NCBI GenBank assembly: GCA_950097015.1
Contig: CATNEN010000038.1
Location: 31,248,001-31,312,000 of the forward strand
Source: Macrostomum hystrix
Lineage: Eukaryota; Animalia; Platyhelminthes
Length of the DNA: 64,000 nt
Direction of reading: 5' to 3'
A program made the position numbers and the translations under genes. Within the stretch, counting starts at the first letter, position 1. Every line of letters begins with the position of its first letter. The notes below the pieces were generated by a model, which searched no databases, was not told the DNA's origin, and saw nothing but the letters and a program-made list of their open reading frames with translations. Below are positions 48,744-60,135 of this stretch, in pieces.

Positions 48744-51700
48744 ATGGAGGTTGCCCTACAATCCACCAGTGTCTATGGAGGTTGCCCTACAATCCACCAG
48801 TGTCTATGGAGGTTGCCCTACAATCCACAAGTGTCTATGGAGGTTGCCCTACAATCCCCCAGTGTCTATGGAGGTTGCCCTACAATCCACCAGTGTCTAT
48901 GGAGGTTGCCCTACAATCCCCCAGTGTCTATGGAGGTTGCCCTACAATCCACCAGTGTCTATGGAGGTTGCTCTACAATCCCCGATGCAGTGTCTATGGA
49001 GGTTGCCCTACAATCCACCAGTGTCTATGGAGGTTGCCCTACAATCCACCAGTGTCTATGGAGGTTGCCCTACAATCCCCCAGTGTCTATGGGGTTGCCC
49101 TACAATCCCCGATGCAGTGTCTATGGAGGTTGCCCTACAATCCCCCAGTTTCTATGGAGGTTGCCCTACAATCCCCCAGTGTCTATGGAGGTTGCCCTAC
49201 AATCCACCAGTGTCTATGGAGGTTGCCCTACAATCCCCCAGTGTCTATGGAGGTTGCCCTACAATCCACCAGTGTCTATGGAGGTTGCCCTACAATCCCC
49301 GATGCAGTGTCTATGTAGGTTGCCCTACAATCCACCAGTGTCTATGGAGGTTGCTCTACAATCCCCGATGCAGTGTCTATGTAGGTTGCCCTACAATCCA
49401 CCAGTGTCTATGGAGGTTGCCCTACAATCCACCAGTGTCTATGGAGGTTGCCCTACAATCCCCGATGCAGTGTCTATGTAGGTTGCCCTACAATCCACCA
49501 GTGTCTATGGAGGTTGCCCTACAATCCCCGATGCAGTGTCTATGTAGGTTGCCCTACAATCCACCAGTGTCTATGGAGGTTGCCCTACAATCCACCAGTG
49601 TCTATGGAGGTTGCCCTACAATCCCCGATGCAGTGTCTATGTAGGTTGCCCTACAATCCACCAGTTTCTATGGAGTTTGCCCTACAATCCACCAGTGTCT
49701 ATGGAGGTTGCCCTACAATCCACCAGTGTCTATGGAGGTTGCTCTACAATCCCCGATGCAGTGTCTATGGAGGTTGCCCTACAATCCACCAGTGTCTATG
49801 GAGGTTGCCCTACCATCCACCAGTGTCTATGGAGGTTGCCCTACAATCCCCGATGCAGTGTCTATGGGGTTGCCCTACAATCCACCAGTGTCTATGGAGG
49901 TTGCCCTACAATCCACCAGTGTCTATGGGGGTTGCCCTACAATCCCCCAGTTTCTATGGAGGTTGCCCTACAATCCCCCAGTGTCTATGGAGGTTGCCCT
50001 ACAATCCACCAGTGTCTATGGAGGTTGCCCTACAATCCCCCAGTGTCTATGGAGGTTGCCCTACAATCCACCAGTGTCTATGGAGGTTGCCCTACAATCC
50101 CCGATGCAGTGTCTATGGAGGTTGCCCTACAATCCACCAGTGTCTATGGAGGTTGCTCTACAATCCCCGATGCAGTGTCTATGGAGGTTGCCCTACAATC
50201 CACCAGTGTCTATGGAGGTTGCCCTACAATCCCCGATGCAGTGTCTATGTAGGTTGCCCTACAATCCACCAGTGTCTATGGAGGTTGCTCTACAATCCCC
50301 GATGCAGTGTCTATGGAGGTTGCCCTACAATCCACCAGTGTCTATGGAGGTTGCCCTACAATCCACCAGTGTCTATGGAGGTTGCCCTACAATCCACCAG
50401 TGTCTATGGAGGTTGCCCTACAATCCACCAGTGTCTATGGAGGTTGCCCTACAATCCCCGATGCAGTGTCTATGTAGGTTGCCCTACAATCCACCAGTGT
50501 CTATGGAGGTTGCCCTACAATCCCCGATGCAGTGTCTATGTAGGTTGCCCTACAATCCACCAGTGTCTATGGAGGTTGCCCTACAATCCACCAGTGTCTA
50601 TGGAGGTTGCCCTACAATCCCCGATGCAGTGTCTATGTAGGTTGCCCTACAATCCACCAGTTTCTACGAGTTTCTCTATGGAGGTTGCCCTACAATCCAC
50701 CAGTGTCTATGGAGGTTGCCCTACAATCCACCAGTGTCTATGGAGGTTGCCCTACAATCCCCGATGCAGTGTCTATGTAGGTTGCCCTACAATCCACCAG
50801 TGTCTATGGAGGTTGCCCTACAATCCCCGATGCAGTGTCTATGTAGGTTGCCCTACAATCCACCAGTTTCTCGTATGGAGGTTGCCCTACAATCCACCAG
50901 TGTCTATGGAGGTTGCCCTACAATCCACCAGTGTCTATGGAGGTTGCTCTACAATCCCCGATGCAGTGTCTATGGAGGTTGCCCTACAACCCACCAGTGT
51001 CTATGGAGGTTGCCCTACAATCCACCAGTGTCTATGGAGGTTGCCCTACAATCCCCGATGCAGTGTCTATGGGGTTGCCCTACAATCCACCAGTGTCTAT
51101 GGAGGTTGCCCTACAATCCACCAGTGTCTATGGGGGTTGCCCTACAATCCCCCAGTTTCTATGGAGGTTGCCCTACAATCCCCCAGTGTCTATGGAGGTT
51201 GCCCTACAATCCACCAGTGTCTATGGAGGTTGCCCTACAATCCCCCAGTGTCTATGGAGGTTGCCCTACAATCCACCAGTGTCTATGGAGGTTGCCCTAC
51301 AATCCCCGATGCAGTGTCTATGGAGGTTGCCCTACAATCCACCAGTGTCTATGGAGGTTGCTCTACAATCCCCGATGCAGTGTCTATGGAGGTTGCCCTA
51401 CAATCCACCAGTGTCTATGGAGGTTGCCCTACAATCCACCAGTGTCTATGGAGGTTGCCCTACAATCCCCGATGCAGTGTCTATGTAGGTTGCCCTACAA
51501 TCCACCAGTTTCTATGGAGGTTGCCCTACAATCCACCAGTGTCTATGGAGGTTGCCCTACAATCCACCAGTGTCTATGGAGGTTGCTCTACAATCCCCGA
51601 TGCAGTGTCTATGGAGGTTGCCCTACAATCCACCAGTGTCTATGGAGGTTGCCCTACAATCCACCAGTGTCTATGGGGGTTGCCCTACAATCCCCCAGTT

Positions 51701-52872
51701 TCTATGGAGGTTGCCCTACAATCCCCCAGTGTCTATGGAGGTTGCCCTACAATCCACCAGTGTCTATGGAGGTTGCCCTACAATCCACCAGTGTCTATGG
51801 AGGTTGCCCTACAATCCACCAGTGTCTATGGGGGTTGCCCTACAATCCCCCAGTTTCTATGGAGGTTGCCCTACAATCCCCCAGTGTCTATGGAGGTTGC
51901 CCTACAATCCACCAGTGTCTATGGAGGTTGCCCTACAATCCCCCAGTGTCTATGGAGGTTGCCCTACAATCCACCAGTGTCTATGGAGGTTGCCCTACAA
52001 TCCCCGATGCAGTGTCTATGGAGGTTGCCCTACAATCCACCAGTGTCTATGGAGGTTGCTCTACAATCCCCGATGCAGTGTCTATGGAGGTTGCCCTACA
52101 ATCCACCAGTGTCTATGGAGGTTGCCCTACAATCCCCGATGCAGTGTCTATGTAGGTTGCCCTACAATCCACCAGTTTCTATGGAGGTTGCCCTACAATC
52201 CACCAGTGTCTATGGAGGTTGCCCTACAATCCACCAGTGTCTATGGAGGTTGCTCTACAATCCCCGATGCAGTGTCTATGGAGGTTGCCCTACAATCCAC
52301 CAGTGTCTATGGAGGTTGCCCTACAATCCACCAGTGTCTATGGAGGTTGCCCTACAATCCCCGATGCAGTGTCTATGGGGTTGCCCTACAATCCACCAGT
52401 GTCTATGGAGGTTGCCCTACAATCCACCAGTGTCTATGGGGGTTGCCCTACAATCCCCCAGTTTCTATGGAGGTTGCCCTACAATCCCCCAGTGTCTATG
52501 GAGGTTGCCCTACAATCCACCAGTGTCTATGGAGGTTGCCCTACAATCCCCCAGTGTCTATGGAGGTTGCCCTACAATCCACCAGTGTCTATGGAGGTTG
52601 CCCTACAATCCCCGATGCAGTGTCTATGGAGGTTGCCCTACAATCCACCAGTGTCTATGGAGGTTGCTCTACAATCCCCGATGCAGTGTCTATGGAGGTT
52701 GCCCTACAATCCACCAGTGTCTATGGAGGTTGCCCTACAATCCACCAGTGTCTATGGAGGTTGCCCTACAATCCCCGATGCAGTGTCTATGGGGTTGCCC
52801 TACAATCCACCAGTGTCTATGGAGGTTGCCCTACAATCCACCAGTGTCTATGGGGGTTGCCCCACAATCCAG
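48744..52872 (+). repeat. 4.1-kb satellite of 31-bp units (GTCTATGGAGGTTGCCCTACAATCCACCAGT) mixed with 35-bp variants
   Basis: Tandem repeat read directly. Confidence 0.97.
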
Positions 52873-53464
52873 TAAAGCCAATGATTCGAAAAGCTAGGAA
52901 CTGATTCGGGGATTGGAAAATGATTGATTGATGCCAAATATGTCAAATATTATTGTAAGCATTGGAACGAGCGTGCAGCAATAAAGGCGAGTCGCTATGC
53001 AGCATATCTGTAGCCTTGCATCGCTAAGGTTGGAGAACTGGTAGCAGATTTGCATTAATTATTCATTCACAGGGACTTCTTCTTTGAGCACAAGCTGGTT
53101 CAGTATTTCTAACGCCGAGGGCTATTTGAGTACAAGACTAGGCTACTCTAGGCCTTGGGTAGCCTAGTAAGCTTAGCAGGCCTTTGTAAAAAATGCACGT
53201 TTTTGAATCTCTGAACTACGGTAACTCAGTGTGGCTGGAAAACATTTTTACAATACTTTTAATACGGCTTCATTCATTTGAGTCCTTTCTTGATGTTTGA
53301 GGTCCATTTTTTGTCGTTTTAATATGACCTGCCCATCCGCTACTCCAAATTGTACTAAATTCTTAAAAAATTCAGCAACAGTCATCCTAGTCATGCTCAG
53401 GACTTAATATAATTTGAGCTTAAAGTAGACTTCAATCCTGAACGCCCTTCTCTCCTCCATTATT

Positions 53465-53995
53465 TACGCCCCACTCCGCCCCTCACTCCGCCCCCACTCC
53501 GCCCCCACTCCGCCACTCACTCCGCCCCCACTCCGCCCCCACTCCGCCCCCACTCCGCCCCCACTCCGCCCCCACTCCGACCTTCTCTTCACCCTCCCCA
53601 CTCCGCCCTTCTTTCCTCCCCACTCCATCCTTCTTTCCTCCCCACTCCGCCCTTCTTTCCTCCCCACTCCGCCCTTCTTTCCTCCCCACTCCGCCCTTCT
53701 TTCCTCCCCACTCCACCCTTCTTTCCTCCCCACTCCGCCCTTCTTTCCTCCCCACTCCGCCCTTCTTTCCTCCCCACTCCACCCTTCTTTCCTCCCCACT
53801 CCGCCCTTCTTTCCTCCCCACTCCGCCCTTCTTTCCTCCCCACTCCGCCCTTCTTTCCTCCCCACTCCGCCCTTCTTTCCTCCCCACTCCGCCCTTCTTT
53901 CCTCCCCACTCCGCCTATTTTTCCTCCCCACTCCGCCCTTCTTTCCGCCTTTGTCTCTGCCCTTCTTTCCACACTCGTCTCCGCCCTCGTCTCCG
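53465..53995 (+). repeat. C-rich minisatellites (CCCCCACTCCG; CTTTCCTCCCCACTCCGCCCTT)
   Basis: Read directly. The minus strand has G-runs. Confidence 0.93.
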
Positions 53996-54477
53996 CACTT
54001 CTTTACGCCTTCTTGAGCATGATGCTCAATTCCTCGTCTCAGGGGCTGTACGCAGCCTTCAATATTCGAAGATTCGAACTCATGACTCTCTAGATGGAAT
54101 TTAAATGAAGTAAAATGTACTAATAATGCAAATGAAAACACTAACTTTAGCTCACATTTTTTACCAAGAAATAATTAAAAATGGGGATTACCATAAAAGG
54201 TTGCGGAGAGTTTTTAAGAGGTTTTTAAGGAAGAAAATAAGTTCAGGGACGGAGTTAGCAGATGCTATCCTAGCTTCTTCAGTCGGCGGAAGCAATTACA
54301 ATGACCGCTGCTTTACAGGGTGCAGAAATAATGGCAGGACAGGGAAAGGCTTGCATTTTAGGAAGTCGGATGAGATAGAGGTCTTAGTAAGGATACGAGT
54401 GTCGCGTGCTGCCACCTGCCCAATTCTTGCTAGTCTTTAATATGGAAATCAAAAATATGGACTTTCTGTAACATGCA

Positions 54478-55770
54478 ACTGTCTAACACATGTCAGTGTC
54501 TGTCTAACACATATCCGTGTCTGTCTAACACATATCACTGTCTGTCTAACAATATCAGTGTCTGTCTAACACATATCACTGTCTGTCTAACAAATATCAC
54601 TGTCTGTCTAACACATATCCGTCTCTGTCTAACACATATCCGTGTCTGTCTAACACATATCACTGTCTGTCTAACAATATCAGTGTCTGTCTAACACATA
54701 TCACTGTCTGTCTAACACATATCACTGTCTGTCTAACAATATCAGTGTCTGTCTAACACATATCACTGTCTGTCTAACACATATCAGTGTCTGTCTAACA
54801 CATATCTGTGTCTGTCTAACACATATCACTGTCTGTCTAACACATGTCAGTGTCTGTCTAACACATGTCAGTGTCTGTCTAACACATGTCAGTGTCTGTC
54901 TAACACATATCCGTGTCTGTCTAACACATATCACTGTCTGTCTAACACATGTCAGTGTCTGTCTAACACATGTCAGTGTCTGTCTAACACATGTCAGTGT
55001 CTGTCTAACACATATCAGTGTCTGTCTAACACATGTCAGTGTCTGTCTAACACATATCAGTGTCTGTCTAACACATATCAGTCTCTGTCTAACACATATC
55101 AGTGTCTGTCTAACACATGTCAGTGTCTGTCTAACACATATCTGTTTCTGTCTAACACACGTCAGTGTCTGTCTAACACATGTCAGTGTCTGTCTAACAC
55201 ACGTCAGTGTCTGTCTAACACATGTCAGTGTCTGTCTAACACATATCCGTGTCTGTCTAACACATGTCAGTGTCTGTCTAACACATGTCAGTGTCTGTCT
55301 AACACATGTAAGTGTCTGTCTAACACATGTCAGTGTCTGTCTAACACATATCAGTGTCTGTCTAACACATATCTGTGTCTGTCTAACACATATCAGTGTC
55401 TGTCTAACACATGTCAGTGTCTGTCTAACACATATCTGTGTCTGTCTAACACACGTCAGTGTCTGTCTAACACATGTCAGTGTCTGTCTAACACATATCC
55501 GTGTCTGTCTAACACATGTCAGTGTCTGTCTAACACATGTCAGTGTCTGTCTAACACATATCTGTGTCTGTCTAACACATGTCAGTGTCTGTCTAACACA
55601 TGTCAGTGTCTGTCTAACACATATCAGAGTCTGTCTAACACATATCTGTGTCTGTCTAACACACGTCAGTGTCTGTCTAACACATATCAGTGTCTGTCTA
55701 ACACATATCAGTGTCTGTCTAACACATATCAGTGTCTGTCTAACACATATCAGTGTCTGTCTATCACAAA
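54478..55770 (+). repeat. 21-bp satellite TGTCTGTCTAACACAT(A/G)TCAG
   Basis: Tandem repeat read directly. Confidence 0.97.
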
Positions 55771-56119
55771 TCAGTATATTAAACAATATATTAAAATCTC
55801 ACATGTAATTTCTAACCAAGAAAATACCATTTTTATTCAAACAAATTCAAATCTAAATTAGTCAAACCTACAACACGAATTAATAAAACAAGTACAAGAT
55901 AGAATTAGTTTTTATGTCTATGGCACAATCTCGCTAGTCGCTTCTCTTAATACAGGTGTTATTCTCGCTTAAAGTTATTCTAGCCTAAAGCAAAGAGAAG
56001 ATCTGGGCTAGCTATTAAAAACCCTGTGAAAATTAGGTTTGATTCAATTTTCGCAGTTTTAGTCAATCGTAAATCCCCATTATCACAGTAACCACATTAG
56101 CAACAAGCCAGCCAACGAA

Positions 56120-57319
56120 ATGCCCTGCTTTGAGAAGCTGAAAGTATGCTGCTGTTTCATCTGCCCAATGATCTGTCCGCCCTGGCCTCCAAGTATTGTA
56201 GCGAAGGCCTCTTTATTTCCGCCAACCGAGTTGGGGTACACAATCGAGACCGAATTGCAGCCTGACAAACGGCGGCGCAACCAATGGCTGTCTCACATGG
56301 CTGAGGAGTCTGCCAAAGGTGTCACAAAGTACGATGACGAGATCCGCATCCGACTGACATGCTTCGTAGGCTTGGACTTTATCATTGACAGCCACGTGTA
56401 CTCATACAAACTGGTTACCGATTACTCGCACGAACTGATTTGCATGTACATTCGCTACACCAAAGTGCCTAGCCGTGGCTATACAATACTGTACTCACAC
56501 TCAAACAGCTCAGACAATGGCTACATGTGTCCGTATCTGTTTATGCTGTCTAGAAATTTGCGTGTCAACGTTCTGGCCTACGACTATAGCGGCTACGGCT
56601 GGAGCACTGGCAAGCCATCGGAGCGGAACCTCTACCGCAATATTGAATCCGTGTACAGCGACATGCTAGACAGATTCCGTCTGTCCGCCAAGAATGTCAT
56701 CCTGATGGGCAGCTCGATTGGCAGCTGTCCCAGTATTCACCTGGCCTGCCAAGAGAGAGTTGCCGGCATCATCCTGGACTCGGCTGTGAGATCCGGCATG
56801 GCTACAATGACCGAATCGGATCACATCATGTGCGGCAGGATCAAGCCCTATTTAAACATCAAGAAGATTGATGGCATAGCTTCACCTTGTCTGCTAATTC
56901 ACGGCGACAATGACAAATTGATCAAACTGCAGGACGCCAAGGAGCTGTACGAGAGGATACCAGAGCATTGCAGGCGAGAGCCGCTCTGGCTGGTGGAGGG
57001 TGAACACATGGACACTCTGCGCAGACCGGAGAGCTACGCCAGAATGGAACGATTCATCAGCAAAGAACTGCGCCATCCGCAGCATCATGCGCTACTGCAG
57101 CAACAGCAGCAGCAGCATCAACAGCGGCCGGATGACGACACAATTCGCCAAGACGAGCAGCGAGATCAGCAGATGCAGCAGTCCTCGACTTTGAGGGATC
57201 ACTCAGCTGCTGCCGCATCCGCCGCTGCAGCCTCAGCAAAGCATGGCTTGAGCACACTGATCAACAGCAAAAAACACACTTCTCAACCGAGCAAATCAAA
57301 CCGTCATCAATTACACTGA
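56120..57319 (+). CDS. ABHD17: ABHD17/FAM108-like alpha/beta hydrolase (protein depalmitoylase family), intronless, 399 aa
   Basis: N-terminal Cys cluster CCCFICP..CPPWP..IVAK, YDYSGYG.S.GKPSERNLY, nucleophile GSSIG, IHGDND and EGEH. Confidence 0.9.
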   Translation: MPCFEKLKVCCCFICPMICPPWPPSIVAKASLFPPTELGYTIETELQPDKRRRNQWLSHMAEESAKGVTKYDDEIRIRLTCFVGLDFIIDSHVYSYKLVTDYSHELICMYIRYTKVPSRGYTILYSHSNSSDNGYMCPYLFMLSRNLRVNVLAYDYSGYGWSTGKPSERNLYRNIESVYSDMLDRFRLSAKNVILMGSSIGSCPSIHLACQERVAGIILDSAVRSGMATMTESDHIMCGRIKPYLNIKKIDGIASPCLLIHGDNDKLIKLQDAKELYERIPEHCRREPLWLVEGEHMDTLRRPESYARMERFISKELRHPQHHALLQQQQQQHQQRPDDDTIRQDEQRDQQMQQSSTLRDHSAAAASAAAASAKHGLSTLINSKKHTSQPSKSNRHQLH

Positions 57320-58129
57320 GCTCACGCGCTAGCTGAACGGCCTTCCAAAGCTACAACGAGTCATTTTTTTTAGTTTTTGAAGGCAGATTTTTTAAGGGCC
57401 GCCGGTTGCATCAAAAGCCGGTGGTGTGAAATGCGCCAGATGCTAACTAAACTGACCTTAAACTGACCTTAAATAGTTATCCTATGCTGTGTACAATGTA
57501 CACATTACACTTTCTTTTTGGATTAACCCAAATAATGATTTCATACCCGCTTGTCTAGTTCACATTGGTTTTTCGACAACTTTTTTAGTTTCAAATTTAG
57601 TTTTCTTAAAGTACATTAGTTTTTTTACCATCTGTCTTATTCACTCTCTTTGTTACCATTAACCACATTATTGGGCTTAACATTGTCAAATTTTGCGCAA
57701 TAATTTTTTTATTTCAATTGTCTTGCTTTAGCAATCAAGATTCAAGTATCTTTTTTTTAAAATGAGGGCGACATTTTTTATCGGGTTAAGCCGTTCCATA
57801 TGTAAACATTTTAACATGCGCTCTGCAAATCCATAATTTGTAGATTAACCAAGTACAAAAGCACTTGTTAACAAAGATGCAGTCAGTGTAATCTATCGGA
57901 CACACAAATATATAAATGCATAAATGAATAATGTATTTTTAAGCATGTGCAACTAATATCCATAATTGCATACTCGCTTTGTTTAATTTGACTACCTGGC
58001 TCAGAAATTTGATCTTTGTAACTATAGAACTTGAAATTCGTTACTCGCAAACTTAAATCACTAAGAAACCTGACTTTCCTTTGGATTTAATTTTCGTTAC
58101 TAAAAAATTAGACATTAATATTTCTAGAA

Positions 58130-58725
58130 TTTAACTTCCGTTGCTCCAGAACTTTAAATCCGTTAAATTATAATTTAACCTCCGAAAAACTTGTGCTTTT
58201 AATTCCGTTACTCTGGAATTAGACTTTCGTTACTCTCGAATTAGACATTCGTTACTCTCGAATTAGACATTCGTTGCTCCCGATTTCGAAATTCGTCACT
58301 CTATAATTCGTTTTCCGTTACTTGAGAATTATATTAACGTTACCCTAGATTTAGAAATTCGTTATTCTATAATTAATTTTCCTTTACTTGAGAATTATAT
58401 TAACGTTACCCTAGATTTAGAAATTCTTTACTCTATAATTCGTTTTCCGTTACTTGAGAATTATATTCACGTTACTCTAGATTTAGGAATTCGTTACTCT
58501 ATAATTTGTCTTCCGTTACTTAAGAAATATATATTAACGTTACTCTAGATTTAGAATTCCGTTACTCTTTAATCGGTATTCCGCTACTTGAGAATTATAT
58601 CAACGTTACTCTAGATTCAGGAATTCCGTTACTCTATAATTAGTCTTCCGTTACTTAATAAGTATATCAACGTTACTCTAGATTTAGGAATTCCGTTAGT
58701 CTATAATTGGTCTTCCGTTGCTTTA
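58130..58725 (+). repeat. Degenerate ~22-bp repeat (TTCGTTACTCTAGA..) with a ~66-bp trimeric period
   Basis: CTTGAGAATTATATT recurs at 58321, 58387 and 58453. Confidence 0.85.
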
Positions 58726-59314
58726 AAATTAAAGCTGCGGCTCTTGAAAGATTTTTCCTTTTCGAATGATATCTAGCCCTGCCTCGAGCATAAAATTATT
58801 CCTGTAATGTCTAAGGTGTATCAATGTGCTAGTCCACACAGTTGCACGTAATTAGCCTTTTTTATTCTGTAAATACTGCTAGAGGACATTGTGGGCAATA
58901 TACGCGAAAGAAGCCGGACATCTATCAGCAAAACCAAATCAACCGGAACCTTAAAAAAGACAAGGTTGACTAAATATCGTGAATAGCGAATAGCATGGCA
59001 ACAAGAAATCTCTAGTATAACTAATTGTCTTCCTCCTGTTTCCTCCCTAGTTAACAACGCAATGCGGGCAAAAAACAAAAGGCATTCTTTCAGCCCAAGA
59101 TTGGACAATATCGGCTGCTGAGAAAAATGAATACGCGTACAAGGCAATCACTTAAAATGTTTCTTTGGGTTAACAATTACAATTAAGATGACGGAACAGG
59201 TAGGATCGATGCTTAATTAAAATAATTTTTTCGCAATTAAAAAAAAATCTAAAAAACGTACACTGCTCTCAATCTAACTTCATAATTATATCCAATGCCG
59301 CCCTTCATCGATCT

Positions 59315-59700
59315 GTAACTCATGTTAGGTCTGTCACTCTTGTTTGGTCTGTCACTCTTGTTTGGTCTGTCACTCTGGTTTGGTCTGTCACTCTGGTTTG
59401 GTCTGTCACTCTTGTTTGGTCTGTCACTCATGTTAGGTCTGTCACTCATGTTAGGTCTGTCACTCTTTCTAGATCCCTGTCACTCTTTCTAGATCTCTGT
59501 CACTCTTTCTAGATCTCTGTCACTCTTTCTAGATCTCTGTCACTCTTTCTAGATCTTTGTCACTCTTTCTAGATCTCTGTCACCCTTTCTAGATCTTTGT
59601 CACTCTTTCTAGATCTCTGTCCCTCTTTCTAGATCTTTGTCACTCTTTCTAGATCTGTCACAGTTTCCGAATCTGTCACTCTTTGCAGATTTGTCACTCA
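59315..59700 (+). repeat. Compound satellite: 18-bp GGTCTGTCACTCTTGTTT, then 20-bp CACTCTTTCTAGATCTCTGT
   Basis: Read directly. Confidence 0.92.
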
Positions 59701-59747
59701 GATAAACAAGATCGTTGCTGCCTCGGGTCAGATGTTCTGGTGATAGG

Positions 59748-60100
59748 TCACATATCCACAATGTCCTCATCATCCTCGTTAAGGATCTGAAGAAGTGTGA
59801 AAATTCATTGTTTATAAAAAATTCTTTAGACTACTACTTTAAGTAGAGAACCGCAGTCAAAAAATTTTAAGAATATCTACCACTCCATCGTTGGCTACTG
59901 CCATCGCAGTCTGCGGCATTGTGAAGGCCGGCAGCAGCAGCAGCAGCTGCTGTGGCGATTGACACCGGCTGCCGTTGCACAGGTGAGCGGCAGCTTCAAC
60001 CGTGCGAGGCACCAGACTGTCCAGGCTGCTGACACTGCTGGTGCAGCCGGGCGAGACGCTGATTAGCGACGAGCGGAACAGCGCAGAGGTGCAGTTGTGC

Positions 60101-60135
<35 letters not shown>

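Noticed and set aside
48736-52904. CRISPR-like array, or a 1149-aa protein
   Set aside because: The units are contiguous with no unique spacers, there are no cas genes, and the context is eukaryotic. The ORFs come from a stop-free monomer.
44230-55786. ORFs 44230-44904, 46532-47290, 53464-54141 and 54722-55786
   Set aside because: Translations of satellites or low-complexity DNA.
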